This document shows positions 46,008 through 55,426 of a DNA stretch of 64,000 nucleotides, piece by piece (position 1 is the first letter of the stretch; each line of letters begins with the position of its first letter). The notes below the pieces were generated by a model. It was not told the origin of the DNA, searched no databases, and was given only the letters and a program-made list of their open reading frames with translations. The DNA is from Rhodobiaceae bacterium (GTDB lineage Bacteria > Pseudomonadota > Alphaproteobacteria > Rhizobiales > Aestuariivirgaceae): contig JANNXN010000028.1 of NCBI GenBank assembly GCA_031409595.1, positions 948 through 64,947 of the forward strand. The letters run 5' to 3'. The position numbers and the translations under genes were made by a program.

Positions 46008-47117
46008 TTAAAGCTGCCCCGCCAAATAGGTTGCGAAGTCATAATTTGGCCTTTCCAGGTGCGAGAGGTGGCCGGGTTTGGCCATTTCTGAGCAGAGGCC
46101 GCGATAGACGCGCTCGGTGCAGCCGCGGTCTTCGATGTTGACTTCATCCAGCAAAGTTTTGAGTTGTTTGAAATGGGCTTGCGAATCGGTGTCGTTGGCA
46201 TAGTCAGGCGACATGCCGCCGCCGAATATGATGCGCACCTGGCCGGGGCCTTGTGGATGCAAAGACAGATACCAGAAGTAGCCGGGGGTGAGCGTAATGA
46301 GCAGGCTGGGATAGATGGCCAGCAGGAATGTGGTGCGCCGCCTGTCGCCCTGCATGCGGGTGTTTGATGGGTGCGCCAGCGCTATCTTGAGGCGGTCGTC
46401 TTTCAGGATGGTGTGATAGTTGAACGTCGGCAGGCCGGGCGGGCACACCATTTCATCGAGCTTTGACAGGCCGCCGATTGTTCCCGCATGGCAGACGGGC
46501 AGGTGGTAGCTCTCCATAAAATTCTCGGCGAGCACTTTCCAATTCGTATCCCAGACATGATGCTCCTGAAAACTTTCGACATAGCTTTCCATGCCGTAGT
46601 CAGCGATCAGATCTTCAACAGCCGCGAATTTTTCCTGCGGCAGAACAGCGTTCGGATTGAGCGAAATCATGATCCAGCCGAGCCACACTTCGCAGCGGAT
46701 CTGCGGCAGGCTGTAACTGTCCCTGCAGAAACCATCGTTCAGCTTCATCGCAGCGGCAGCGCGCAGATTGCCGTTGAGATTGTAACTCCAGCCATGATAG
46801 GGGCAGACAATGCCTTTGGTGTTGCCAGAGCCTTTGAGCAAAATTGACATGCGGTGCAGGCAGACGTTGGATTGGGCGCGCAAGGTTCCATCGTGATCGC
46901 GGATGACCATGATCGGCTGGTGGCTCAGTTCGAGCGTTACGTAATCACCGGGATTTGCCAGTGAACTGGCGCGGCCGACGCAGAACCATTCCTTGCGGAA
47001 GATATTTTCTTCCTCAGCCGCCACAAATTCCTGCGAGGTGTAGACGGCCTTCGGCATGGCGCGCGCTTCGTTGAAAGGAACGGCTACATTGGCTTTAAGC
47101 TGTTCGATGGCATTCAT
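46008..47117 (-). CDS. Rieske [2Fe-2S] non-heme-iron oxygenase, alpha-subunit-like
   Basis: CLHRMS...CPYHGWSY Rieske motif and a C-terminal catalytic domain. 369 aa. Confidence 0.85.
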   Translation of the reverse strand: MNAIEQLKANVAVPFNEARAMPKAVYTSQEFVAAEEENIFRKEWFCVGRASSLANPGDYVTLELSHQPIMVIRDHDGTLRAQSNVCLHRMSILLKGSGNTKGIVCPYHGWSYNLNGNLRAAAAMKLNDGFCRDSYSLPQIRCEVWLGWIMISLNPNAVLPQEKFAAVEDLIADYGMESYVESFQEHHVWDTNWKVLAENFMESYHLPVCHAGTIGGLSKLDEMVCPPGLPTFNYHTILKDDRLKIALAHPSNTRMQGDRRRTTFLLAIYPSLLITLTPGYFWYLSLHPQGPGQVRIIFGGGMSPDYANDTDSQAHFKQLKTLLDEVNIEDRGCTERVYRGLCSEMAKPGHLSHLERPNYDFATYLAGQL

Positions 47118-47488
47118 TGCAGGCCAGTGTATGACGCAATTTTTGCGTCAGCAAGGGCAAAGCAGCCGGCGATGGAGGGATTAAGGGGGAGTTCGCGATA
47201 GGCGCCGATTGCACCCTGTTGGGCAAGCCGCCCGGCAAGTCCCGGTTCATCGCCTGCCACAACCCAGATGAATCCGAATGCCGTTTCGCGAACGGGTTTG
47301 GCGCCAGCGTTCACCAGCTTGGCGAATATGTCATCAGGTGTGGTGCCCGGTTCAAACACGGCAAGCATGGGGCCGGAGGCTTCAGCTGGCAGCGAGCCTT
47401 GCCGCATGAGCACGGCCATGACGATGATCCATAGCCCGATCACACTTAGAAAAAATGTTATCGCGAGGCGGTGGCCAGACCAGCGCAT
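47114..47488 (-). CDS. Hypothetical membrane-anchored protein
   Basis: Start at ATG 47488 (MRWSGHRLAITFFLSVIGLWIIVMAVL...), just after the upstream MFS stop. Its stop overlaps the Rieske ATG (ATGA). No recognisable motif. Confidence 0.4.
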   Translation of the reverse strand: MRWSGHRLAITFFLSVIGLWIIVMAVLMRQGSLPAEASGPMLAVFEPGTTPDDIFAKLVNAGAKPVRETAFGFIWVVAGDEPGLAGRLAQQGAIGAYRELPLNPSIAGCFALADAKIASYTGLQ

Positions 47489-47492
47489 TGAT

Positions 47493-48722
47493 TTACGCAG
47501 CCGCGAATCTGGGGGCACGACCTTCCGTGATCGGCAAATGGATGAGCGCTGCAAACACGCCAAGCCCAACGCCCATCCACCAAACCGGATCATAGGAGCC
47601 AAATTGATCATAGAGCCTGCCGCCCAGCCAGACGCCGAAGAAAGAACCGATCTGGTGGCTCAAGAAAACAAAACCATAGAGCGTCGCCATATAGCGGGTG
47701 CCGAACATAACGGTGACGAGGCCCATGGTGAGCGGAATGGTCGAGAGCCACAGAAGCCCCATTGTCGATGTGAACACCAGCGTGGATGTTGGCGTAATCG
47801 GCAGGGATATGAATGCCACAACGGTTATCGATCTCAGAATATAGATGAGGCTGAGGGGAATTTTTTTCTGGAACTTGCCGCCGATCATTCCCGAAATGTA
47901 AGAGCCAACCACATTGAACAATCCGATGGCAGCCATTGCAAAGCCCGCTGACTCCACGCTGATGCCGTGTTCGCTGAGATATGGAGGCAGATGCACTGTA
48001 ATAAAGGCCAACTGGAATCCGCAGACAAAGAAGCCGGAGACAAGCATCACGTAAGACCTGTGGCCAAAGGCGCCCATGATCGCTTGTTGCATGGTGATGT
48101 CGGCTTCGCCTGCGTCTGCCTTGCTGCCGGATGTATTGTGAGCCATCAGGGGCAGGGCAAATACCAGGATCAGCAGCGTCGATGCGGCGAGAACGATGAG
48201 GGCATTTTGCCAGCCGTAGGCAGCAATCAAGGCGCCGCCGATGGGGGCAAATACGAATTGGCCGAGTGAGCCGGAAGCGGTGGCAATGCCGAATGCCCAG
48301 GAGCGCTTTTCGGGCGGCACGATGCGACCGAGAGCTGCCATGACAATTCCAAAGGATGACATGGCAACACCAATGCCAGTCAGGATTCCAGCACCCATGT
48401 GGAAAACGAGTGGAGCTTCAGCGATGGCCATGGTGAAAGTTCCAACCGCGTAAAAAATGGCGCCAACCATCAGCACGCGGGCCGAACCGTAGCGATCCGC
48501 CATGGCGCCTGCCATCGGTGTTGCAATGCCCCAGAGGAGGTTTTGCAGGGCGAGGCCAAAAGAGAAAATTTCGCGGGGCCACAGATGGGCTTCAGAAATT
48601 GGGGCGGTGAAAAGGCCGAAACTGGAGCGCACGCCAAAGTTCACCATGGCCACAAGGCAACCTGAGATGATGATTACAGCGGGAGTGAAATACCAGGGGA
48701 GCGGTTTGCTCAAATCTTCCAT
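47493..48722 (-). CDS. MFS transporter
   Basis: 409 aa, about 12 TM helices, loop GAMADRYGSARVL. Confidence 0.85.
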   Translation of the reverse strand: MEDLSKPLPWYFTPAVIIISGCLVAMVNFGVRSSFGLFTAPISEAHLWPREIFSFGLALQNLLWGIATPMAGAMADRYGSARVLMVGAIFYAVGTFTMAIAEAPLVFHMGAGILTGIGVAMSSFGIVMAALGRIVPPEKRSWAFGIATASGSLGQFVFAPIGGALIAAYGWQNALIVLAASTLLILVFALPLMAHNTSGSKADAGEADITMQQAIMGAFGHRSYVMLVSGFFVCGFQLAFITVHLPPYLSEHGISVESAGFAMAAIGLFNVVGSYISGMIGGKFQKKIPLSLIYILRSITVVAFISLPITPTSTLVFTSTMGLLWLSTIPLTMGLVTVMFGTRYMATLYGFVFLSHQIGSFFGVWLGGRLYDQFGSYDPVWWMGVGLGVFAALIHLPITEGRAPRFAAA

Positions 48723-48745
48723 GTCAGGCAGAGTAGCGGGTAAGA

Positions 48746-50563
48746 CTATTTGAACAAGTCACTTTTGTGCATGGGACGTTTGAAAAAATGGGGGCCAAAC
48801 TGGGCAATCGCCACGCCAGCTATAATCAAGGCCCCTCCGGTGATCAATGTAAAGCTCAGACTTTCGCCAAGCAGGAATATTCCGCCAATTGCGGCTACCA
48901 GTGGTTGAACGTACAGGAACATTCCAGCCAGTGAACTTGACATGTGGCCGAGGGCGAAATTCCATGCGACGGTTCCGCCAAACGTGCAGAAAGTCACAAC
49001 AAATGCCACGACGCCCCATTGTTGCAGGTTCAGGACTTGGACGGCTTGGGGGAATTCTGGCGTAAAAAGCAAAAACATGGGGAATGCGGAGATGCCCAGC
49101 GTGAGGCAGGCGACTTGGGTTGAGCCATATTCTGCAGACACGGGCCGAATGAGAACGGTGTAAATGCCCCAGCCCATGGAACCGAGCGTTACCAGAATGA
49201 TGCCCAATATGCCCACATCTTCGGCTGGCGCTATAACATTGCCAAGCATGAGGGCCGCCGTTCCGATCAGGGCCAGACTCATTCCTGCAACGAGAGACGT
49301 TGTAATCCTGTCGCCTGCCAGGATTACGGCGAACAGGGCTACGAAGACCGGCTCGAGGCCGAACAACATGCCCGTCCAACTTGCGGGTATGTATTGCGCG
49401 CCGAAAATTGACAGCACCTGATAGCCGACGTTGCCGATGACTGCTGCTGCGATAATTCTCGTCCAGGCGGTCCATGGCATGGGTCTGACGCCCATATGGA
49501 TAACGACCAGCAACCCGATTATGCCAGCCGGAAATACCCGGAGGATCATCACGGTCTGCGGCTGCACATCGAGCACCAGAAAGCGCGTGGCAACGGGAAC
49601 GAGGCCCCAAACTGAAACGGCAAAAAGCAGGGCCGCAACTCCGGCAATCTTGCCACGCATTTTCAATGATGGTCCGAACTGCGCCACGGCGACACCTGCC
49701 ATGATGATGGCTCCGGCGATGAGCGTGTTTCTGGTGACTGCTTCATCGAGCAAAAAATATCCGGAAATTACCGCGAGAATTGGCACGAGATAGAGGGAAG
49801 CGCCAATAGCCGTTGGGCGCAAAATTCCGGTGGCGTAATTCCACGTCATCAGCGCCATGAAGGTTGCGATGACAACCAGAAAGAACAGGGTGCGCAGCGC
49901 GCTGCCATCAAGGTTCAGCGCCACGTTCAAGGTTTCCGGCGAAGCAAGGATGAGGAGCGGTGGGGCAGCGATCGCAAGGGTGAGGGCGCTGATCTTGTAG
50001 GAGCCATAGATCTGAATGAGCGGCTTGCTGAACACCACATAGATCGACCATGCCAGGCCTGACAGAAATATGAGACTGCTGCCGATGAGAATTTCGCTGC
50101 GGGGCAGCACTGAGGAACCATCGTCTTGAAACAGGAAGATCGAACCGATGAATGAAATGATGAGGCCAAGGATTGCCGCCGCAGTGAGCTTTTCGCTGCC
50201 CGCAATTGCCGCCAACACGGCAATGAGCAGCGGCTGCGTTGCTATGATCAGGCCGCCAATTCCGGCTGGCGCATAGAAAAATCCGAATACTGATCCCAGA
50301 TTATAGCCGAGCATTCCCACAAGTGAAACAAGCGCCAGTCGCGGCAAGTCTTGCCAGGCAATGCGGAATCCTCCAAAAAATGGCAGGAAAATCAGGAACA
50401 ATACGGAGACCAGCACATTGCGAATGATGAGGGAGTCAGCGGCGCCCGCAACCAGTGCGAAGGAACGGATGTAAACTGGTGTCAGTCCCCAAATCGCGAT
50501 GGTGAAGGCGAGGGCTGCTGTGGCAAGCATAGTGTTGCGAGGTGTAGCGTCGGTAAGTGCCAT
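48746..50563 (-). CDS. Tandem-fused double DMT (EamA) transporter
   Basis: One uninterrupted frame. ATG 50563 (MALTDATPRN...) is the first start not overlapping the upstream GST gene. The two ~300-aa halves are paralogous (details in findings). Confidence 0.75.
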   Translation of the reverse strand: MALTDATPRNTMLATAALAFTIAIWGLTPVYIRSFALVAGAADSLIIRNVLVSVLFLIFLPFFGGFRIAWQDLPRLALVSLVGMLGYNLGSVFGFFYAPAGIGGLIIATQPLLIAVLAAIAGSEKLTAAAILGLIISFIGSIFLFQDDGSSVLPRSEILIGSSLIFLSGLAWSIYVVFSKPLIQIYGSYKISALTLAIAAPPLLILASPETLNVALNLDGSALRTLFFLVVIATFMALMTWNYATGILRPTAIGASLYLVPILAVISGYFLLDEAVTRNTLIAGAIIMAGVAVAQFGPSLKMRGKIAGVAALLFAVSVWGLVPVATRFLVLDVQPQTVMILRVFPAGIIGLLVVIHMGVRPMPWTAWTRIIAAAVIGNVGYQVLSIFGAQYIPASWTGMLFGLEPVFVALFAVILAGDRITTSLVAGMSLALIGTAALMLGNVIAPAEDVGILGIILVTLGSMGWGIYTVLIRPVSAEYGSTQVACLTLGISAFPMFLLFTPEFPQAVQVLNLQQWGVVAFVVTFCTFGGTVAWNFALGHMSSSLAGMFLYVQPLVAAIGGIFLLGESLSFTLITGGALIIAGVAIAQFGPHFFKRPMHKSDLFK

Positions 50564-50613
50564 CTTGGCTATCACATGACAGGGGATATGGTCCCCGTCA
50601 ATTGGTGGTGGCC

Positions 50614-51234
50614 CTAAACTTTCTCGCGGCTCAAAGCTTTCTTCACAGCAGCGCGCTCCGCCATGCGGTTGCGGTGGTCGAGCACTTTTGGAAAGCGGGC
50701 GGGATCCACGCCATCGCCTTCCAGCCACGCTGCGACGGTGTACAGGTAGGGATCGCAGATCGAGTAGTTTTCACCCATCACCCACGGGCCCTTGAAGTAG
50801 TCCCGCTCGATGATTTCAAAACAGTCGCCCATGTTTTGCGGAACTTTTTTCTTCATGGATTCAATTGCCGCTGCATCGTCGGACCAGCGGCTCCCACGCG
50901 GGCGGTGGGCGTGCGCCACATGGACGGTGGAACACAGGTAACTGTTGAAGGCCTGCATCTGCGCGAATTTGAAGGGATCGTTCAGCGATGCCAGATTGGC
51001 TTGTGGGTAGGTTTGCGCGATGTAAACCAGGATGGCCGGCGTTTCGGTCAGAATGCCCTGGTCAGTTACTAGGGCTGGAACACGGCCCTTGGGATTTATC
51101 TTGAGATATTCAGATTTGCGCTGCTCGCCCTCGGCAAAGTTCAAACGCTTGGCTTCAAAAGCGGCGCCTGCCTCTTCGAGCGCGATGTGTGAGGCGAGGG
51201 CGCAGGTGTTGGGGGCGTAGAAAAGCGTGAGCAT
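50614..51234 (-). CDS. Glutathione S-transferase
   Basis: MLTLFYAPNTCALASHIALEEAGAAFE... thioredoxin-like N-domain plus a helical C-domain. ATG 51234 is preferred over 51306. Confidence 0.85.
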   Translation of the reverse strand: MLTLFYAPNTCALASHIALEEAGAAFEAKRLNFAEGEQRKSEYLKINPKGRVPALVTDQGILTETPAILVYIAQTYPQANLASLNDPFKFAQMQAFNSYLCSTVHVAHAHRPRGSRWSDDAAAIESMKKKVPQNMGDCFEIIERDYFKGPWVMGENYSICDPYLYTVAAWLEGDGVDPARFPKVLDHRNRMAERAAVKKALSREKV

Positions 51235-51325
51235 GGCGGAAGAATGCTTGAAGAAACGCCGGACGTCAATTGACGTCGGCGCATTGCTCCAGTGTTTTCC
51301 ATTCATTCCTCAGCATGAGGAAATG

Positions 51326-51646
51326 CTAGGCGATCGCTTTTTCCTCCAGCAACTGCTTCAATTCACCGGACTGGAACATTTCCACCATGATGTCGCTGCC
51401 GCCCACGAATTCGCCCTTGACATAGAGTTGCGGCACGGTGGGCCAGTTGGTGTATTCCTTGATGCCCTGGCGAACTTCGTCGCTATCCAACACGTTGATG
51501 CCCTTGAAGGGCACGCCCATGTGGGTGAGAATTTGCGTCGCCTTGTTGGAAAACCCGCACGCTGGCGCATCAGGCGTTCCCTTCATGAAGAGAACCACGT
51601 CATTGGCTTTAACTTCATTTTCGATCCAGGTTTTAATGTCAGTCAT
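51326..51646 (-). CDS. grxD: Monothiol glutaredoxin (Grx4 family)
   Basis: CGFS active site (PACGFSNKA) and WPTVPQLYVKGEFVGGSDI. Confidence 0.9.
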   Translation of the reverse strand: MTDIKTWIENEVKANDVVLFMKGTPDAPACGFSNKATQILTHMGVPFKGINVLDSDEVRQGIKEYTNWPTVPQLYVKGEFVGGSDIMVEMFQSGELKQLLEEKAIA

Positions 51647-51649
51647 TTT

Positions 51650-51886
51650 TCAATTCTCCGGAATACTGGTTGTTAGAGCGAGTGCGTGTAGTTCTCCGCC
51701 CATGCGGCCTTTCAGGGAAGCATACACCATTTGGTGCTGCTGGACGCGGGATTTGCCTTTGAAGGCGGCGGACTGGATAGTGGCGGCGTAGTGGTCGCCG
51801 TCGCCTGCGAGATCGCGGATTTCGACAACGGCGTCGGGCATTGCTTCCTTGATGAAGCGTTCGATGTCTGCGGCGGCCATGGCCAT
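51650..51886 (-). CDS. BolA-family protein
   Basis: DGDHYAATIQSAAFKGKSRVQQHQMVYASL...HALAL BolA pattern, 3 nt upstream of grxD. ATG 51886 has AAAGG upstream. ATG 51916 is the alternative. Confidence 0.8.
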   Translation of the reverse strand: MAMAAADIERFIKEAMPDAVVEIRDLAGDGDHYAATIQSAAFKGKSRVQQHQMVYASLKGRMGGELHALALTTSIPEN

Positions 51887-51940
51887 GGGTCTTGCCTTTC
51901 TATTTGCCCCAGACATAGTGCGGGGAGAGACAAATTACCA

Positions 51941-52285
51941 GCGGCGAGTTGGAATGGCAAAGGCGCCAAGGCATGGACGGGCGAGGTCATCATAAAAATG
52001 GTGAAATGGTCGACATGGACGCCAGCGCCCTATCATTTGGAAATCAAACCTGAACCGGCAAAATGGAAAAACGGCATGCCGTGCGGTCCCGATAATCCAA
52101 TGGGTGCCCGCGCCATGTATCTTTACAAAGGTGAGGTGGACACGATCAACCGCATCCATGGAGCCGCCAAGCGTTCAGACATCGGGCGCAAAGCCACGGA
52201 AGGATGCATTGGAATGCTCAACGTAGACGTCGTCCACCTCTACGCCAATGTGCAGGTGGGGACGCGGGTGGTGATGTTGGGTTAG
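51941..52285 (+). pseudogene. N-terminally truncated L,D-transpeptidase (YkuD domain) remnant
   Basis: Only the C-terminal part of a YkuD domain is present (GPDNPMGARAMYLY...RIHGAAKRSDIGRKATEGCIGM). There is no signal peptide. No in-frame ATG/GTG/TTG lies between bolA and Met at 51998. The upstream part of the 184-aa track ORF is antisense to bolA. Confidence 0.45.
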
Positions 52286-52335
52286 GTCCGTCATCCTCAG
52301 TCTGCGAAGGAGACACACACAGTTCAAGACTCAAT

Positions 52336-53061
52336 TTATGGAGGCAATGTTCGATCAATTGCATTTGCAACATAGTTTGCATCGATTACATGAACAAATC
52401 CGTTCCCGCCTCTCGTGATTATGCCGGATAAAAAGACTTGTGGGCCATCTGATGTTTCGTAGCCAGAGAACATTGCCCCGCCACTAAAGCCATCCAAATT
52501 GATGGCTTTCTTGGGGTCATAAGAATATCTATTGAAGTGTTTTTCTTGCAAAACTGCTTCGGCATCGTGAGCGCAAACATAAACAACAGTTCTGAAAAGA
52601 ACGTTCAGTGGTTCATAGGAGATTTCAAGCAATTCCGAAGGGCAGCCGATAAAAAATGAACCAAGCCGATTGCCAGTCGGCAATTCGACGAGTGGATAAA
52701 ACCAAAGACTGTCTAAATGCTCTTCCGCTACTTTGAAAATCAGAATGTCATGCAGTTCCTGTCTTTCTGGGTCGGTTGCAAATACGCAGCTTTCCACGGG
52801 GATGCTGCGGAGTTCCCCACTATCCGTGTGACTAATGAACAAAGGTGAAGAAGAATCGTTGAGTTTGTTTTCAGTGCCCACTGATAAAGTGAGTTGGTGT
52901 CTGGTGCATACAACGTAATTTTTTGCGTTTCGCCTTATCATCGTGGAGGAACCGACAACTCCTATGTAATCGGGATGATTTTTGTCTTGCAAAACTACAG
53001 GGCGGATAGAATTTGCCTGTGGGCAAAGTTCAGTAATATTAGTTTTATCGATTTCCAGCAA
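52336..53061 (-). CDS. Signal-less trypsin-like (chymotrypsin-fold) serine peptidase-like protein in a low-GC islet
   Basis: 241 aa, TTG start with GAGG about 10 nt upstream. Candidate triad in the order His (VVCTRHQL), Asp (LHDILIF), Ser (LDGFSGGAMF). The sequence is visibly more AT-rich than its flanks. Confidence 0.5.
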   Translation of the reverse strand: MLEIDKTNITELCPQANSIRPVVLQDKNHPDYIGVVGSSTMIRRNAKNYVVCTRHQLTLSVGTENKLNDSSSPLFISHTDSGELRSIPVESCVFATDPERQELHDILIFKVAEEHLDSLWFYPLVELPTGNRLGSFFIGCPSELLEISYEPLNVLFRTVVYVCAHDAEAVLQEKHFNRYSYDPKKAINLDGFSGGAMFSGYETSDGPQVFLSGIITRGGNGFVHVIDANYVANAIDRTLPP

Positions 53062-53090
53062 AACACATTACCTCATTTGAGGAACAGGCC

Positions 53091-55274
53091 TCAACCCGCC
53101 ATATAATTAGGGAACCAGCCTTCATGCGCTGATTTTAGTTCTGCGATTTCGATTTCAGTTTCGCCGATCTTTAAAGCCGCCTCCGCCGTTACAATTCCAA
53201 TGCGGATGACATCAACGCCTTTGACATGGGCCTGGGTGATGATCTTGGCGGCTTCTTTGGCGGGGCAGGTGAGGACGTAACGGGCCTGATCTTCGCCGAA
53301 GAGGGCTTCATGATTCATGGAGTCGAGATTTGCGCCGAGGCCCGATGCCATGGCCATTTCGACGACCGCTGCGAGCAAGCCGCCGTCGGAAATGTCATGC
53401 ACTGCGGTGACTTGGGACTGGTTGATGAGATTTCGCACGAAGTTTCCGTGGCGTTTTTCTTTTTCCAGATCAACGGGCGGCGGTGCGCCTTCTTCGCGGC
53501 CCAGCACTTCCCTGAGATAGATGGACTGGCCGAGATGGGAGCCATGGCCACCTACCAGCAAGATCGCATCGCCAGCCGTTTTGAAAGCCAGCGTTGTCAT
53601 TTTACTCAGGTCGGCGAGCAGGCCAACGCCGCCGATTGCCGGTGTTGGCAAAATCGCCTGGCCGTTGGTTTCATTGTAGAGCGAGACGTTGCCGGAAACG
53701 ACCGGGTATTCCAGCGCGCGACAAGCCGCGTCGATGCCTTTGATGGCAAGCACGAGCTGGCCCATGATTTCGGGTTTTTCCGGGTTGCCGAAATTGAGGT
53801 TATCGGTGATGGCGATGGGTTCGGCTCCGACGCATATGAGGTTGCGCCAACTTTCAGCCACCGCCTGCTTGCCGCCTTCGAAGGGATCAGCTTCCACATA
53901 ACGGGGCGTTACGTCAGTTGTCAGCGCAATGGCCTTGTTGGGCCCCACGCGTACCACGCCGGCATCACCGCCGGGTATTTGCGCGGTGTTGGAGCCGATC
54001 AAGTGATCATATTGTTCCCACACCCAGCGCCTTGAGCACATATCGGGCGAACCCATGATTTTCAGGATCGCGGCTTTCAGATCATTGGGGGGCGGCACAT
54101 CGCGGAGGACGGGCAATTTTTTTGGCTCGACCCATGGCCTGTCATATTCCGGGGCCTCATCGCCCATCTGCTTAATGGGCAGATCAGCTTTCACTTCGCC
54201 TTCGTGTTTGATCACAAAGCGCAGCGTGTCAGTGGTCTGGCCCACGATTGCAAAATCCAGGCCCCATTTATGGAAAATGGCTTCGGCCTGCTTCTCCAGT
54301 TCCGGGCGGAGCACCATGAGCATGCGCTCTTGGGATTCAGACAGCATCATTTCGTAAGCTGTCATGTGGGTTTCGCGGCAGGGCACGGAATCGAGATTGA
54401 GTTCAATCCCAAGGTCGCCTTTGGCTCCCATTTCAACCGCTGATGATGTGAGGCCCGCGGCCCCCATGTCCTGAATTGCGATGACAGCGCCTGAGGCCAT
54501 CAGCTCAAGGCAGGCTTCCAGCAGGCATTTTTCGGTGAAGGGATCGCCCACCTGAACTGTCGGGCGTTTCTCGTCGGCATCGTCATCGAATTCGGCGGAT
54601 GCCATGGTGGCTCCGTGGATGCCGTCGCGGCCGGTTTTGGCGCCGAGATAGACCACGGGGAGGCCTACACCTTTGGCCTTGGAGTAAAAAATCTTGTTAG
54701 CGTCGGCGAGGCCCACGGCCATGGCGTTGACCAGAATGTTGCCATTGTAACGGCTGTGGAAATTTACTTCGCCACCGACTGTCGGCACGCCGAAGGAATT
54801 GCCATAGCCGCCAATGCCAGCGACGACGCCGGAAACGAGATGGCGGGTTTTGGGATGATCGGGTGAACCGAAACGCAATGCATTGAGGGCAGCGATGGGG
54901 CGGGCGCCCATGGTGAACACGTCGCGCAAGATGCCGCCCACGCCGGTGGCTGAGCCTTGATACGGTTCGATGAAGGAGGGGTGGTTGTGGCTTTCCATTT
55001 TGAACACCACGGCCTGGCCATCGCCGATATCAATGACGCCAGCATTTTCGCCCGGCCCCTGGATGACACGCGGGCCCTTGGTGGGGAGGGTTTTCAACCA
55101 TTTCTTGGAAGACTTGTAAGAGCAGTGCTCGTTCCACATGGCCGAACAGATGCCAAGCTCGGTGATGGTGGGTTCGCGCCCCAGCAACTTGATGAAGCGT
55201 TCGTACTCATCGGGCTTGAGACCATGTTGCTTGACGAGTTCGGGGGTGATTTTGACAGAGTTTGAATGAGGCAT
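53091..55274 (-). CDS. purL: Phosphoribosylformylglycinamidine synthase subunit PurL
   Basis: 727 aa. [24 protein letters not shown] and two AIR-synthase-like repeats. Confidence 0.95.
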   Translation of the reverse strand: MPHSNSVKITPELVKQHGLKPDEYERFIKLLGREPTITELGICSAMWNEHCSYKSSKKWLKTLPTKGPRVIQGPGENAGVIDIGDGQAVVFKMESHNHPSFIEPYQGSATGVGGILRDVFTMGARPIAALNALRFGSPDHPKTRHLVSGVVAGIGGYGNSFGVPTVGGEVNFHSRYNGNILVNAMAVGLADANKIFYSKAKGVGLPVVYLGAKTGRDGIHGATMASAEFDDDADEKRPTVQVGDPFTEKCLLEACLELMASGAVIAIQDMGAAGLTSSAVEMGAKGDLGIELNLDSVPCRETHMTAYEMMLSESQERMLMVLRPELEKQAEAIFHKWGLDFAIVGQTTDTLRFVIKHEGEVKADLPIKQMGDEAPEYDRPWVEPKKLPVLRDVPPPNDLKAAILKIMGSPDMCSRRWVWEQYDHLIGSNTAQIPGGDAGVVRVGPNKAIALTTDVTPRYVEADPFEGGKQAVAESWRNLICVGAEPIAITDNLNFGNPEKPEIMGQLVLAIKGIDAACRALEYPVVSGNVSLYNETNGQAILPTPAIGGVGLLADLSKMTTLAFKTAGDAILLVGGHGSHLGQSIYLREVLGREEGAPPPVDLEKEKRHGNFVRNLINQSQVTAVHDISDGGLLAAVVEMAMASGLGANLDSMNHEALFGEDQARYVLTCPAKEAAKIITQAHVKGVDVIRIGIVTAEAALKIGETEIEIAELKSAHEGWFPNYMAG

Positions 55275-55335
55275 GTTGCGGGGCGGTTTAGCGACAGTGG
55301 CGGGGATTCACAAGCCGCAGAAAACACCACACACC

Positions 55336-55400
55336 GTCATTCCGGCGAAAGCCGGAATCTTTGCCAGTATTCAACAGATTCCGGCTTCTGCCGGAATGAC
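55336..55400. repeat. Inverted pair of REP-like units (same family as 17530-17770)
   Basis: GTCATTCCGGCGAAAGCCGGAAT (55336-55358) and ATTCCGGCTTCTGCCGGAATGAC (55378-55400), separated by 19 nt. Confidence 0.7.
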
Positions 55401-55426
55401 CAACCATTGTTGGGGAGTCGGGATGA

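Noticed and set aside
50564-50728. 55-aa N-terminal extension of the DMT ORF (MAGRRWRGSRPL...)
   Set aside because: It overlaps the 3' end of the upstream GST gene on the same strand. It is Arg/Pro-rich with no TM character. The first Met clear of the GST gene starts the hydrophobic transporter sequence.
51731-51940. Upstream third of the 184-aa + strand ORF
   Set aside because: It is antisense to bolA and Gly/Val-rich. Only the downstream part shows YkuD-domain similarity.
53226-54035. 269-aa + strand ORF
   Set aside because: It is antisense to purL.
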